This document shows positions 1 to 8,900 of a stretch of DNA of 64,000 nt, in pieces. A model generated the notes under the pieces. The model was not told the origin of the DNA. It searched no databases and saw nothing but the letters and a program-made list of their open reading frames with translations. The position numbers and the translations under genes were made by a program. The stretch is from a plasmid: sequence record CP080654.1; one strand, given 5' to 3'. The number at the start of each line of letters is the position of its first letter. Position 1 is the stretch's first letter.

Positions 1-623
1 TAGCTGCGAAAACGCTCACGCACGAACCGCCACGCTTTTGCGATCAGCTCGTCCATCTCCAGCGGTTTCAGTTTCTGCTTTTTGCGCTGCAGGTTTTCCC
101 ACTCCACACGGCTGCGGCGCGCGGCCACCACAGCCACCTCAGAAACGTCAAGCGCGGAAAACAGAGCCGGGGTGAAGGTGATATCGGTCGGGATGTTACA
201 GCCGATCTGCGGGTCATATTCCGTCTGATAGGTGATGAGCCCCAGCTCCGCCAAAAACTTCAGCGCCCGCGTGGCACGGCTGACTGACAGGTTGCCGCTC
301 CTTGACTCGGTGGCCAGTCCACACTCGATGGCCATATTGGTAATCGAGCGCTGCACGCGATTGGCCAGCGGATCATAGTGAAAACACATTGCCTGCAGTA
401 GCGCGTCAATTGCACGCCGGCGCAACAGTGGTGGCATCCTGTGCCGCTTACCCAGCGAACGCAAAAACGCCACATGAATGGAAAAATCAAAACGGGACGT
501 GAAGCCTTCGGCTTTCGCCATCAGCTTACGGCAGAACGGCAGGGTCTTTTTCCCTTCTCGCGGCGTGAAAACCGGGTTCGGGTTTTTAACCTGTGAATAG
601 TGGTTTTGAAGGATATCAGTCAC
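1..623 (-). CDS. repA1: IncFII replication initiator RepA1. Only the N-terminal part is present. It starts with GTG at ~621-623 and runs off the left edge of the window.
   Basis: Hand translation of the minus strand gives [56 protein letters not shown]...[38 protein letters not shown]...[33 protein letters not shown]...[16 protein letters not shown]. This is near-identical in pattern to R100/R1 RepA1. The ORF continues past position 1. Confidence 0.9.
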   Translation of the reverse strand, partial: MTDILQNHYSQVKNPNPVFTPREGKKTLPFCRKLMAKAEGFTSRFDFSIHVAFLRSLGKRHRMPPLLRRRAIDALLQAMCFHYDPLANRVQRSITNMAIECGLATESRSGNLSVSRATRALKFLAELGLITYQTEYDPQIGCNIPTDITFTPALFSALDVSEVAVVAARRSRVEWENLQRKKQKLKPLEMDELIAKAWRFVRERFRS

Positions 624-699
624 CGCTTCCTGCGCTTATGTTGCACAGAAGGAGCGAATGACACAGAAACTGATCTTGAAGTTTTCTGAGCATGTACAT

Positions 700-804
700 A
701 TACTCCCTGCATAGAGCAACACGTTCTATGCAGTTTATGAAGGCCCCGTTAATCTTTTCGTTCCGCCAAGATTGAAGAAGATTATCGGGGTTTTTGCTTT
801 TCTG
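700..804 (+). ncRNA. copA: CopA antisense RNA of the IncFII copy-number control system. It is complementary to the repA1 leader (CopT).
   Basis: Plus strand 735-804 (ccccgttaatcttttcgttccgccaagattgaagaagattatcggggtttttgcttttctgg) matches the R1 CopA stem-loop II and its U-run terminator as I remember them. An upstream perfect hairpin, ctgcatagagcaacacgttctatgcag (708-734), corresponds to stem-loop I. The position between copB and repA1 fits. Confidence 0.7.
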
Positions 805-924
805 GTCCCGGGTAGATACCTCATCAGAACCAGTTCCCTGCCACCTTACGGCGTGGCACACCAAAAACTCTACTCTCGCAGCAATTTAACACTCATCGGG
901 TAAAGGTTCAAGAAAGTAAGCCCA

Positions 925-1176
925 TTAAGCTATGTTTCTGGCTAATGCTTCGCGGTGGATCAACCGGGACAGTACTTCAGCCTGTGTTAACCCATCGTCA
1001 TGACACATTTTCATCAATATTTCTTTGAGCTGTGGTTCCAGAAACACTTTAACTTCTTTATGGGTGGCCCTTTTCTTTGCCACTGAAGATCGCTGTTTAT
1101 CAGCAGCGCTAAGTGGGTTCCCTTTTCGGTAGGGACGTTTCGATGAGGAAGTAACTCCGTTAACGACCTGTGACAT
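925..1176 (-). CDS. copB: CopB/RepA2 transcriptional repressor of repA1.
   Basis: Translation from the internal ATG gives MSQVVNGVTSSSKRPYRKGNPLSAADKQRSSVAKKRATHKEVKVFLEPQLKEILMKMCHDDGLTQAEVLSRLIHREALARNIA (~84 aa), which resembles IncFII RepA2/CopB. It lies immediately upstream of copA-repA1. Confidence 0.8.
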   Translation of the reverse strand: MSQVVNGVTSSSKRPYRKGNPLSAADKQRSSVAKKRATHKEVKVFLEPQLKEILMKMCHDDGLTQAEVLSRLIHREALARNIA

Positions 1177-1311
1177 CTCTGCCTCCTCAAGCATTAAACC
1201 AAATACCTGGACAAAGATACTACATGTCTTTATAGGCAGCGAGAGCACACATTAATTTAATGTAAAATACATTTTCCTGTTGGCGCAGAAAAAATGTGTT
1301 CAATGTGATCG

Positions 1312-1872
1312 TTAGTACGATGAATACCAGTCAGTACCGCCATTCCAGCGGGACTGCCAGTGCCGCAGATAGTGTTGAGCAACGACTGGAACATCCCACA
1401 CGACAAGCACGTTCTCTGAATTGACCCGATCAGCGGCTCGAGTGTAGTTAAAAGACCCCACTTCAACATTACGGCCGTCAGCAATAATGACTTTATCGTG
1501 CATGATTTTGTACTGCGACACTGTGCGAACCGGGATACCGGCATTGACCAGAAGATTCATGGCCGCCAGACTCGCCTTGTTTTGCCTGCCTGTATTGGCT
1601 TTCCAGTCCAGAACCACTTTCACATCGAGACCACGCTGTTTTGCCCTGACAAGCGCGCCGGCGACTTCGGGTGAGGTGAAGGAATAGCCCATCAGCCGGA
1701 TTTCCTGCTGTGCAGAATTAATAGTCTTCAGGACCAGCTGCAGAGCCGTTCCTTCCGGCGAATACCCCGTCTCGATGCTGGCGGCATACACGGCCGGAAC
1801 GGGTGCAAACAAAGACAGGCTGATAAGCCCGTACAGACAACATCTGCGGAGCGTACGGTTCATTTTTTTCAC
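1312..1872 (-). CDS. nuc: Secreted phospholipase-D-family endonuclease (Nuc / YigB-like).
   Basis: 186 aa with an N-terminal signal peptide (LISLSLFAPVPAVYA). An HKD-type motif context (KIMHDKVIIADGRNVEVGSFNYT) resembles pKM101 Nuc and the IncFII endonuclease found between finO and repA. Confidence 0.75.
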   Translation of the reverse strand: MKKMNRTLRRCCLYGLISLSLFAPVPAVYAASIETGYSPEGTALQLVLKTINSAQQEIRLMGYSFTSPEVAGALVRAKQRGLDVKVVLDWKANTGRQNKASLAAMNLLVNAGIPVRTVSQYKIMHDKVIIADGRNVEVGSFNYTRAADRVNSENVLVVWDVPVVAQHYLRHWQSRWNGGTDWYSSY

Positions 1873-1966
1873 AGTATTTCCTTAACGGGTGTTTAAGAAA
1901 CGCCGGGAGCGGGGAAACTGGCTTTTCCCCGTTCCCGGGGTTGGACAACGACGCGATGCGGAGGCG

Positions 1967-2275
1967 TCAGGATTTTGTGGTATGACGAAACCAGTAGCAG
2001 ACGGGTCCGTCGCCGGTATCGTGGACAGATCCCAGAAACCAGCCATCATCATCCGGTGGCTCCGGTATCCAGCCACGGGCATCCGGGGCTTCATCCGTAA
2101 ATCCGGCAGCGAAAGCTTCAGGCGCTTCATCGCGCATTGTCATCACAAAGCACTGTAGTTTATGGGTTCTGAGCCAGTAACTTAATTCTGCGGAAGTTTC
2201 ACAGCCACTTCGTACCAGCGCAGGATGTGTCCAGTACCCCTGTTCATCACGTTTCACTTCGGCGGCGATAATCAT
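1967..2275 (-). CDS. Hypothetical protein (102 aa) in the finO-repA interval.
   Basis: ORF with coding-like composition. Its start overlaps the stop of the downstream gene at 2272-2275. I see no recognisable motif. Confidence 0.45.
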   Translation of the reverse strand: MIIAAEVKRDEQGYWTHPALVRSGCETSAELSYWLRTHKLQCFVMTMRDEAPEAFAAGFTDEAPDARGWIPEPPDDDGWFLGSVHDTGDGPVCYWFRHTTKS

Positions 2276-2922
2276 TTTTCTTTCTCCTTGTGTTCGCTAT
2301 GCTTTGTCGTTGATTTCATAACGCTTATGGATTTTTCTTCAGCACCGGCTTCCCGGTATTTCAGAAACTCTACGACCTTTCTTACCAGACTCTCCGAATC
2401 CCGATCGCGTAGTAGTGGAATGCCGGCCTGCCTCAGAACCTCTTCCAGCAGAATATCGCGCCGGATACGGTGTTTTTTCTGGTGTGAGGCATCATCCAGT
2501 TCAACTGCGCCGATGATAGCGAAGGTATGGATGTCAACGATGACCACATCGCAGTGCCACTGTGATGCCATCCGGAAGAGTTGCCACCAGGTCCGGGATC
2601 GTGGCCGGATATGGGGAGAGAGTGTGGCAATATCTGCCACCCGGACCTGAGGACACAACAGCCAGCGTGTTCGGCTGGTATGCCTCAGCAATGCCCGGAA
2701 AAAATGTTGTTCCCGTGGCGTCATCAGTGTGTCATTACCCACCCAGACCCGCTGGCGACACAACCGTTGCTCAGCCTCTGAGGGGCGAATACCCAGGGCT
2801 TTCAGTGACCTCAGAACCGGGGAAGTCTTCGTTACTGCGCGTCCTTTCAGAAGCAGCACCAGAAATCCCAGCAAACTCAGCACAACAACGGTACTGCCCG
2901 CCATCATTAATATCTTTGCCAT
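2272..2922 (-). CDS. DUF2726-like (PD-(D/E)xK nuclease-fold) membrane-anchored protein.
   Basis: Internal ATG gives MAKILMMAGSTVVVLSLLGFLVLLL (N-terminal TM). The C-terminal CDVVIVDIHTFAIIGAVELDDASHQKKHRIRRDILLEEVLRQAGIPLLR fits the DUF2726 pattern (hvDFvl..lvIELDdssH..r.rD.f....gi.llR) as I recall it. Confidence 0.5.
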   Translation of the reverse strand: MAKILMMAGSTVVVLSLLGFLVLLLKGRAVTKTSPVLRSLKALGIRPSEAEQRLCRQRVWVGNDTLMTPREQHFFRALLRHTSRTRWLLCPQVRVADIATLSPHIRPRSRTWWQLFRMASQWHCDVVIVDIHTFAIIGAVELDDASHQKKHRIRRDILLEEVLRQAGIPLLRDRDSESLVRKVVEFLKYREAGAEEKSISVMKSTTKHSEHKEKEK

Positions 2923-2977
2923 GTATTTTATTCCCTGATGTTCCTTTCTTTCCCGATGCGTTTTCCTGTCGTCTTCC

Positions 2978-3622
2978 TCATCTTTCTGTCCCTCTTCTGA
3001 TAAGGCAGAACTCTGCCGGCAGCCTGTCGAGCAACGCGCGGCGAAATACATTCGGCAGTCCTCTCCCGGCTACAACATCAGCAATCAGAACTGATATGAC
3101 GCTAATCTGCAGGAAGTGGCACAGGACAAAACCAATCTGATGCACCAGTTCCGCAGCAGGCATATTACGAAGAGCATTAATCAGCCGGATGGCATCCTGT
3201 GGGGAACCCCAGGCGAGAATACCGATACCGACCAGCATCACCGCCGGCGTATACAACAGCCCCCGGCTGATAACCCGTCCGGTCAGGCCTGTAAGCTCAC
3301 ACCTTTGCTGGCGAAACACCTCATCATCCCGGAGGATTTCCCATTCCAGCCGGGCCTTTTCATGGCGCGGCACCTCGGCCACCACCTGAATACCGTCGCG
3401 AATACTGACCAGCGGTGAGACCTCTGGCTTTCTCATCCGGTCGATGTGCCGGGTGTACAGGGCCAGACCGGCCCAGAACAGCGCGACAGATAACGCAACC
3501 AGATAAAATCCGCTTGCCCGGGATACAGGAGAAAATAAAACCATCTGAACCAGTGCCAGCGCGCAGCCGTATAAATAACAGAATAACTGCTGCTCAGGGC
3601 GCAGAATGAAATATCTGAACAT
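2978..3622 (-). CDS. Hypothetical polytopic membrane protein (214 aa).
   Basis: Several hydrophobic segments (LFCYLYGCALALVQMVLF; YLVALSVALFWAGLALY; AVMLVGIGILAWG). Confidence 0.45.
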   Translation of the reverse strand: MFRYFILRPEQQLFCYLYGCALALVQMVLFSPVSRASGFYLVALSVALFWAGLALYTRHIDRMRKPEVSPLVSIRDGIQVVAEVPRHEKARLEWEILRDDEVFRQQRCELTGLTGRVISRGLLYTPAVMLVGIGILAWGSPQDAIRLINALRNMPAAELVHQIGFVLCHFLQISVISVLIADVVAGRGLPNVFRRALLDRLPAEFCLIRRGTER

Positions 3623-3671
3623 ATTGATTCCTTTTTAGATAAAAATAACATTCACAGCCGTCTTAATTTCA

Positions 3672-4274
3672 TTATCGCCAGACCACTGTTTTCTCATACA
3701 CCGCAATCACACCACGCCTGATTAATTCCTCTTTAACGCGACCATAAAGCGCCATGCCTTTTGTATTACCGGACAGGGATTTAATATAATTCATCAGGGA
3801 TGAAGTATTCGCCGGGCGGTTCCCTGCAGATTTTTTACTTAATGACTGGACTTTATCGGTCAGGTGCAGCACTTCATCGTTACTGATTACCATAGGTGCC
3901 GCCTTCGGTTTCTCTGCAGAGCAAGGCGATGGTATACGGCAACATCGTCTCCCCGCCCTGCATAGCTCGGCAATGACGCCATCATAGCCTTTATCATTCG
4001 AGATAATATGAAATATCGTCTCTTCCGGTGCAGTCGCGCTAAGTCTTCCCAGCTCAAACACCAGATGGAAGTCCACATTATTTTTTGACACATTTGCAAC
4101 CTGGAATACGCTTACCGATATATCACCTGCATACGTTACAGCTGGAAAACGTATAAACTCCTGCTGAGGCCCGGTAAATAAAATAAGGCGTTCATAACGG
4201 GACAGACGGACACTTTCAAGTGTACCAATATTTTCATAATCTACGAGAGCAATAATTTTTTCAGTCATCGTCAT
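3672..4274 (-). CDS. NYN/LabA-like (PIN-fold) domain protein (200 aa).
   Basis: N-terminal IALVDYENIG....LILFTGP ... HIISNDKGYDGVI resembles the NYN-domain signature (vfiDgeNl ... sgDsDf). Confidence 0.4.
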   Translation of the reverse strand: MTMTEKIIALVDYENIGTLESVRLSRYERLILFTGPQQEFIRFPAVTYAGDISVSVFQVANVSKNNVDFHLVFELGRLSATAPEETIFHIISNDKGYDGVIAELCRAGRRCCRIPSPCSAEKPKAAPMVISNDEVLHLTDKVQSLSKKSAGNRPANTSSLMNYIKSLSGNTKGMALYGRVKEELIRRGVIAVYEKTVVWR

Positions 4275-4434
4275 CCAGAATCTGTCTGCACGGACAGTTA
4301 TGATGCCGCAGCCTGTAATGCGGCAAATATAAAATGAATACCTGTTGCTATTTCAGGCATACCCTCAGCTAATTTTCGTTACATCTATTAGCTGAGGATT
4401 CCCAGGTATAATTATCAGGAATGGGTAAATATAA

Positions 4435-5028
4435 TTAAAGGGTCTGACTCATCTTTCGTTCAGCTCGCAGCAGCTCCTTCATCATGCGCTCACTGGCGTA
4501 CTGCGCTTCCTCTGCAGTGACGGTCGCAACGGCATTCCCCTGCAGATCATAGCGGGAGGCCCCCACCTTCATCCGGGACAGATAGCCCGCAGACCGGGTC
4601 AGACTCTTCAGGCACTTAATGACCTGTTTATGCGACAGCGGCAGGTCGCGGTTCACAATGTCGGCAAACAGCTGCTCGCGCATTCCCGTCGCCAGCAGAC
4701 GGGGTGAGTTTCCGTCGAACAGCTGTGGCCAGAATGCCTTCAGGGTCATGATGGCCTGTTCCGGCGGCAGCAGGCGAAGATAACGCACCGGAGGTGGCGT
4801 CTTTACCGCTTTATCCGGCGCCGGCGCAGCGTTGCGCGCGTCGGCTTCGGCCGCTTGTTTAGCCTTCTCAAGTTTCGCTTTCTTTGCCTTCCAGGCTGGC
4901 GGGGACGAGACCACCACGACCTTCTTTCGGCGCACCACACCAGGAGCAGGGGTTGCCTCTGCGGGGGCCGTGCTGTTCTCCGCCGGTTTTCGTTTCAGGC
5001 TCAGTACAGGGCGTTTTTCTTCTGCCAT
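4435..5028 (-). CDS. finO: FinO, the RNA chaperone for the FinP/traJ fertility-inhibition system.
   Basis: 197 aa. MAEEKRPVLSLKRK...PPAWKAKKAKLEKAKQAA...TLKAFWPQLFDG..PRLLA.G.R.....D......PLSHK parallels F/R100 FinO. It sits just downstream of traX. Confidence 0.85.
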   Translation of the reverse strand: MAEEKRPVLSLKRKPAENSTAPAEATPAPGVVRRKKVVVVSSPPAWKAKKAKLEKAKQAAEADARNAAPAPDKAVKTPPPVRYLRLLPPEQAIMTLKAFWPQLFDGNSPRLLATGMREQLFADIVNRDLPLSHKQVIKCLKSLTRSAGYLSRMKVGASRYDLQGNAVATVTAEEAQYASERMMKELLRAERKMSQTL

Positions 5029-5099
5029 AACAATTGCCTATCGTTCAGTTAATAAGAGCTACTATACCTGAACGGTATCACCCTTTCCTGCTCCTGCGT

Positions 5100-5825
5100 T
5101 CACATTGAGACGACAATACCCAGTACCGCCAGGTGCACAGCATAGAACATTGCGAAGAAATGCCGCGGCCAGAAACGTTTCACACGTTCTCCGGAAGATG
5201 AGCACACCATCAGCGTCAGCAGCGCAATCGCCAGCCCGGCCACTGATTCACTCACGTCATGCATATTCATCAGCAACACCATGAGGGCCCACAGCACCCC
5301 GTACACCAGCCGTTCCGGTGCATGCTGTGCGCGACAAAGCAGCCAGCTGGCGGCGAGCATGCCCACTCCGGCCATGCCGTAGCTGGCGGTCGACAGGGGT
5401 ATCCAGATGACCAGTAGTCCAGCCGCCGGGAGGGTGTAATACCAGGACGGCTGACTGACCCACCGCAGGACCTGGCCCGTGACGGCAAAGGCAAACAGAA
5501 TATTCCCGGAATACCACGGGTATCCAATAAGCATAAACGACACCTGGGCGACCAGCGCCCAGCCCCACAGGCTGTTCAGCTGCGACTGGCGTATTTCCGC
5601 GTGCCGGGCCAGGTTCATTCCCCATGCCAGACCGAACAGCGGAAAACAACCCCGTCCCAGCAGGCGCATCACTTCATTGTTTCCGGCCAGCAGTAAGCCG
5701 GTGTGGTCCGTCACCATCAGTACCAGTGCGACCGTTTTAATCATATCCGTTTGTCCCGGTGTCCAGGTCAGCAGGCGCTGAAGCCAGCTGTCTGTCGCGC
5801 CTGGAAATGTGTGTTGTGCTCTCAT
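5100..5825 (-). CDS. traX: TraX F-pilin N-acetylase (polytopic membrane).
   Basis: 241 aa. WLQRLLTWTPGQTDMIKTVALVLMVTDHTGLLLA matches the F TraX N-terminus. It is the last gene of the tra operon, after traI. Confidence 0.85.
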   Translation of the reverse strand: MRAQHTFPGATDSWLQRLLTWTPGQTDMIKTVALVLMVTDHTGLLLAGNNEVMRLLGRGCFPLFGLAWGMNLARHAEIRQSQLNSLWGWALVAQVSFMLIGYPWYSGNILFAFAVTGQVLRWVSQPSWYYTLPAAGLLVIWIPLSTASYGMAGVGMLAASWLLCRAQHAPERLVYGVLWALMVLLMNMHDVSESVAGLAIALLTLMVCSSSGERVKRFWPRHFFAMFYAVHLAVLGIVVSM

Positions 5826-5905
5826 GTTTTTTTTCCTTTTAGCGCTCCGGCAGACTGCCCGATTTTAATCGGGGAGGCTGCCGGAGCAGACAAGCCGCAG
5901 GCGCG

Positions 5906-8900
5906 TCAGTCGCCCCCGAGGGTTTTCTCGCGGTTCAGGTCGCGCACCATGTCCCGCTCCACAGCCTGCAGACGTTCACGCTGCAGACTTTCTGAGGCCA
6001 CCTGCTGAATCGCCGCCTCCTGGCGCCGGAACTGAGGATCATCCGGTAGCGTCGTTTTCTCCGTACCCGGCCGGTCACGCTCCAGTCCGCGAATGACGTC
6101 CCCGATAACCTCTTTCACCCGGTCCGCCGGCTCGCCGGCTTTACGCGCCTCCCCGGCCACTTCCCGGGCAGTCTGTTCCGCCTGTTTTTCCATTTCCCGG
6201 CGCTGCTGTTCTTCTGCCGCCCGCTGCGCCAGAACCTCTGGCGGGAGGATAATGTCAGCCCCGGCCTGCGGTACCGGAGCCACCGGCGCCGGTTCAGCCC
6301 ATACCCGCCCGCCGGTCATGGCCCCGGGGTTCCAGGGGCGGTCATCACCGGCCAGACGCACCACCACCCCGGTATCGGGATTGTCGCGGGCCATTCTGAC
6401 GCCCTCCCCCATATTCCCGGCCAGCAGGCTTTCACCGTTGCGGCTGTTCTGCAGCGCCACGAACCGGGCGTCTTCATTGCCCATAATTCGTCCCTCCCCG
6501 CCGATAGCCTCAAGCCGTCCGTCCCGATCGGTCAGTGGGCTGAGCCAGATACCGGCGGCTTTCCCGTTTTTATCAAATGCCGGCAGCGCCACATGCGGCT
6601 GAGGGTACTTTTTCCCCGGAGAAATGAATTTTCCTGGTGAACTTCCCTGTGCCAGACCGGACTGCTGCAGGGCTGCCCGGCCCGCGGCGGTTTCATCCAG
6701 TGGCCTTGCCCGACCGAACAGCAGATCTGCGCTTTTCACCGCCCGGTCGTTACGGGGTTCCAGAATATCGTGCGCCGTCGCTTTCTCAGGTGAATGCTGG
6801 ATGGCCTTTATCCAGCCCTCACGGCTGTCGGTGTAGACCTGAACATGCTGTTTCATGCGAGATAAAGCCACATAGGCAGACTCAAAGCTGGCCATCTGTT
6901 CCCGACCACCGGCCACCCCTTCCAGCGCGATGGCATACGGTTCGCTGGCCCCCTGGGCGCCGTGGGCGGTGATGGCGTAGGCGAGGTCGATATGCTGCTG
7001 CGCCTGATCCGCCTTCGGGGTCAGCGTGCGGGTTAGTTTGCCATCAGACAGCGTGACACTGTCACCCGAAACAGACTGCACCTCCCAGATACTGTTGGCC
7101 ACATAGCCGCGCTCCGGGTCACTTTTGCTGAAACGCATTCGGTCCCCCTGAGACACGGTGATCTTTTCCTGACGATAGAGCGTGACGCCTTCTGCCGATG
7201 CCTCCCGGGGTGAGATAAATCGCTCCTTTCCTTCACTGTCAGTCAGAGTGATCAACTGATTATCCTTATCCACTTTGCTGATACGGTGGTATACGTTATC
7301 AACCAGCGCCACCGCCTCCTTGTGAGCCGTCCAGGTCGACAATTTGCGCAGTTCACCGTCACGGATGTTACTCGTGACCAGCACCGGCAGGGTGATTTCC
7401 TCTTTGCCGGTTTCCCCGTTCTCCCGCCGTGCGTCATGGATCAGACTGTTCAGCGCCCGCCGGTCCTTATTCAGATGGGTGATCACCAGCGTCTGCGACT
7501 GTGCCTCCGGGGTCCGTCCGGTATAGTCCTTCACCAGCGCCTCGTAGAGCGACGCGGGCTGACCTGCCGGCAGGGTTTCCCCCTCGCTCAGTGCCTTTTG
7601 TATCGCCTTTTCCTGTGCCTGCGTGAATTCCACCACAGAACTGCCCGGCGCCCAGACGCCTTCTTTTCTCGGCACCTGTTCCGGCGTGACCTGCTCAATG
7701 GTGGTCAGGGCGCGGTGCACATCCCGCTCAATCAGGCTGTAGACCGCCGGTCGCAGCTCAGGCACCTGGCGCACAATCTCTTTCATGATGGCAACGTCGG
7801 CGGCGCTGCGCTGCTGCATCAGCCTGAACGGCTGGCCCGGCGCGATGGGCTGCAGCTGGTCGTTATCCCCACTGGACACCGCCCGTCCACCGCCGGCGAC
7901 GATGAGGGAGTGGGCTTTTGCCATATCGGCCAGCCCCACCATCGAGCTCTCGTCGAGCAGAAACAGGGTGTTGCTGAAATCGGGTGTCTGGCCATTGCGC
8001 TGCAGCAGCTGCGTGTCGTGGAGGAACGACGCCGTCGTGCGCGCCTCCACGCCGGCACTCTGCATTTCCCCGACCGCGCGATGCGTCGGCGCCAGACCGA
8101 TGACGCGCGGACGGGTCTCTTCCGGCAGCAGACTGATGGCACTCATGACTGCCCGGAACTGGGTGGTTTTCCCCACCCCGGCATACCCCTGAACCACCGT
8201 GAACCGATCCGTGCTTTCCAGAATCATCCGGGTCGCCGCCCGCTGTCCGGCGGTCAGGTCCGTCATCAGACTGGCCGGCACGCGGTCCATCAGGGGGGCC
8301 ACCGCGCCTTTACCTTCCAGCACGTGGGTCAGGATGCTTTTTTCGGCGTCCCAGGTCTGACGGGAAATCAGCAGGTCATTGCCGTAGCCGTGCGCCACCG
8401 GTGCATTCAGCAACTGCCCCGACCTGATTTGTGTCTGAATGGTCGTGTCGATGTCCGCCATCGGAACCTTCCCGCCCCCGGTTTCCAGCGCCGTCGCCAG
8501 CAGCTGGGGCCGGGAGAAGGTCAGTTTCTCACTTTCAAGCAGCGGGATGGCCAGGTGAATGGCCTGTTCTGCCGGGGTACGCAGTCCGGCCTTCTGCTGC
8601 GCAATGGCCGCATCCAGGTCCGTCTCGCCGGATCGGGTCTTCAGCTGCTCTGAGACCACGCTGAAGGAGGTATGCCGCGACAGCTTCTCCGTCGTGCGCG
8701 CCGCATCCTGCGCCGAGTACAGCCGGAGATGACTTCCGCTCTGCGCCAGCTGGTTGAGGGTGGCGTTATCCAGCTCACGCTGCGTCACCGACGCAAAGAC
8801 CGTTGCCGTCTCGCTAACCGACCTGCCGGGACTTTCCACCCAGCCGTGGCCGATTTTAATACCGTCAAACACGCCCGCGCCCACGGCCAGGGTCTGCGTG

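Noticed and set aside
616-864. 82-aa minus-strand ORF overlapping the copA region.
   Set aside because: It overlaps the CopA/CopT control RNA region and the repA leader. Its frame is not that of the ~24-aa tap leader peptide, and it has no homology pattern.
1487-2158. Plus-strand ORFs (66-89 aa) overlapping nuc and downstream genes.
   Set aside because: They are antisense to well-supported minus-strand genes and carry no signals.
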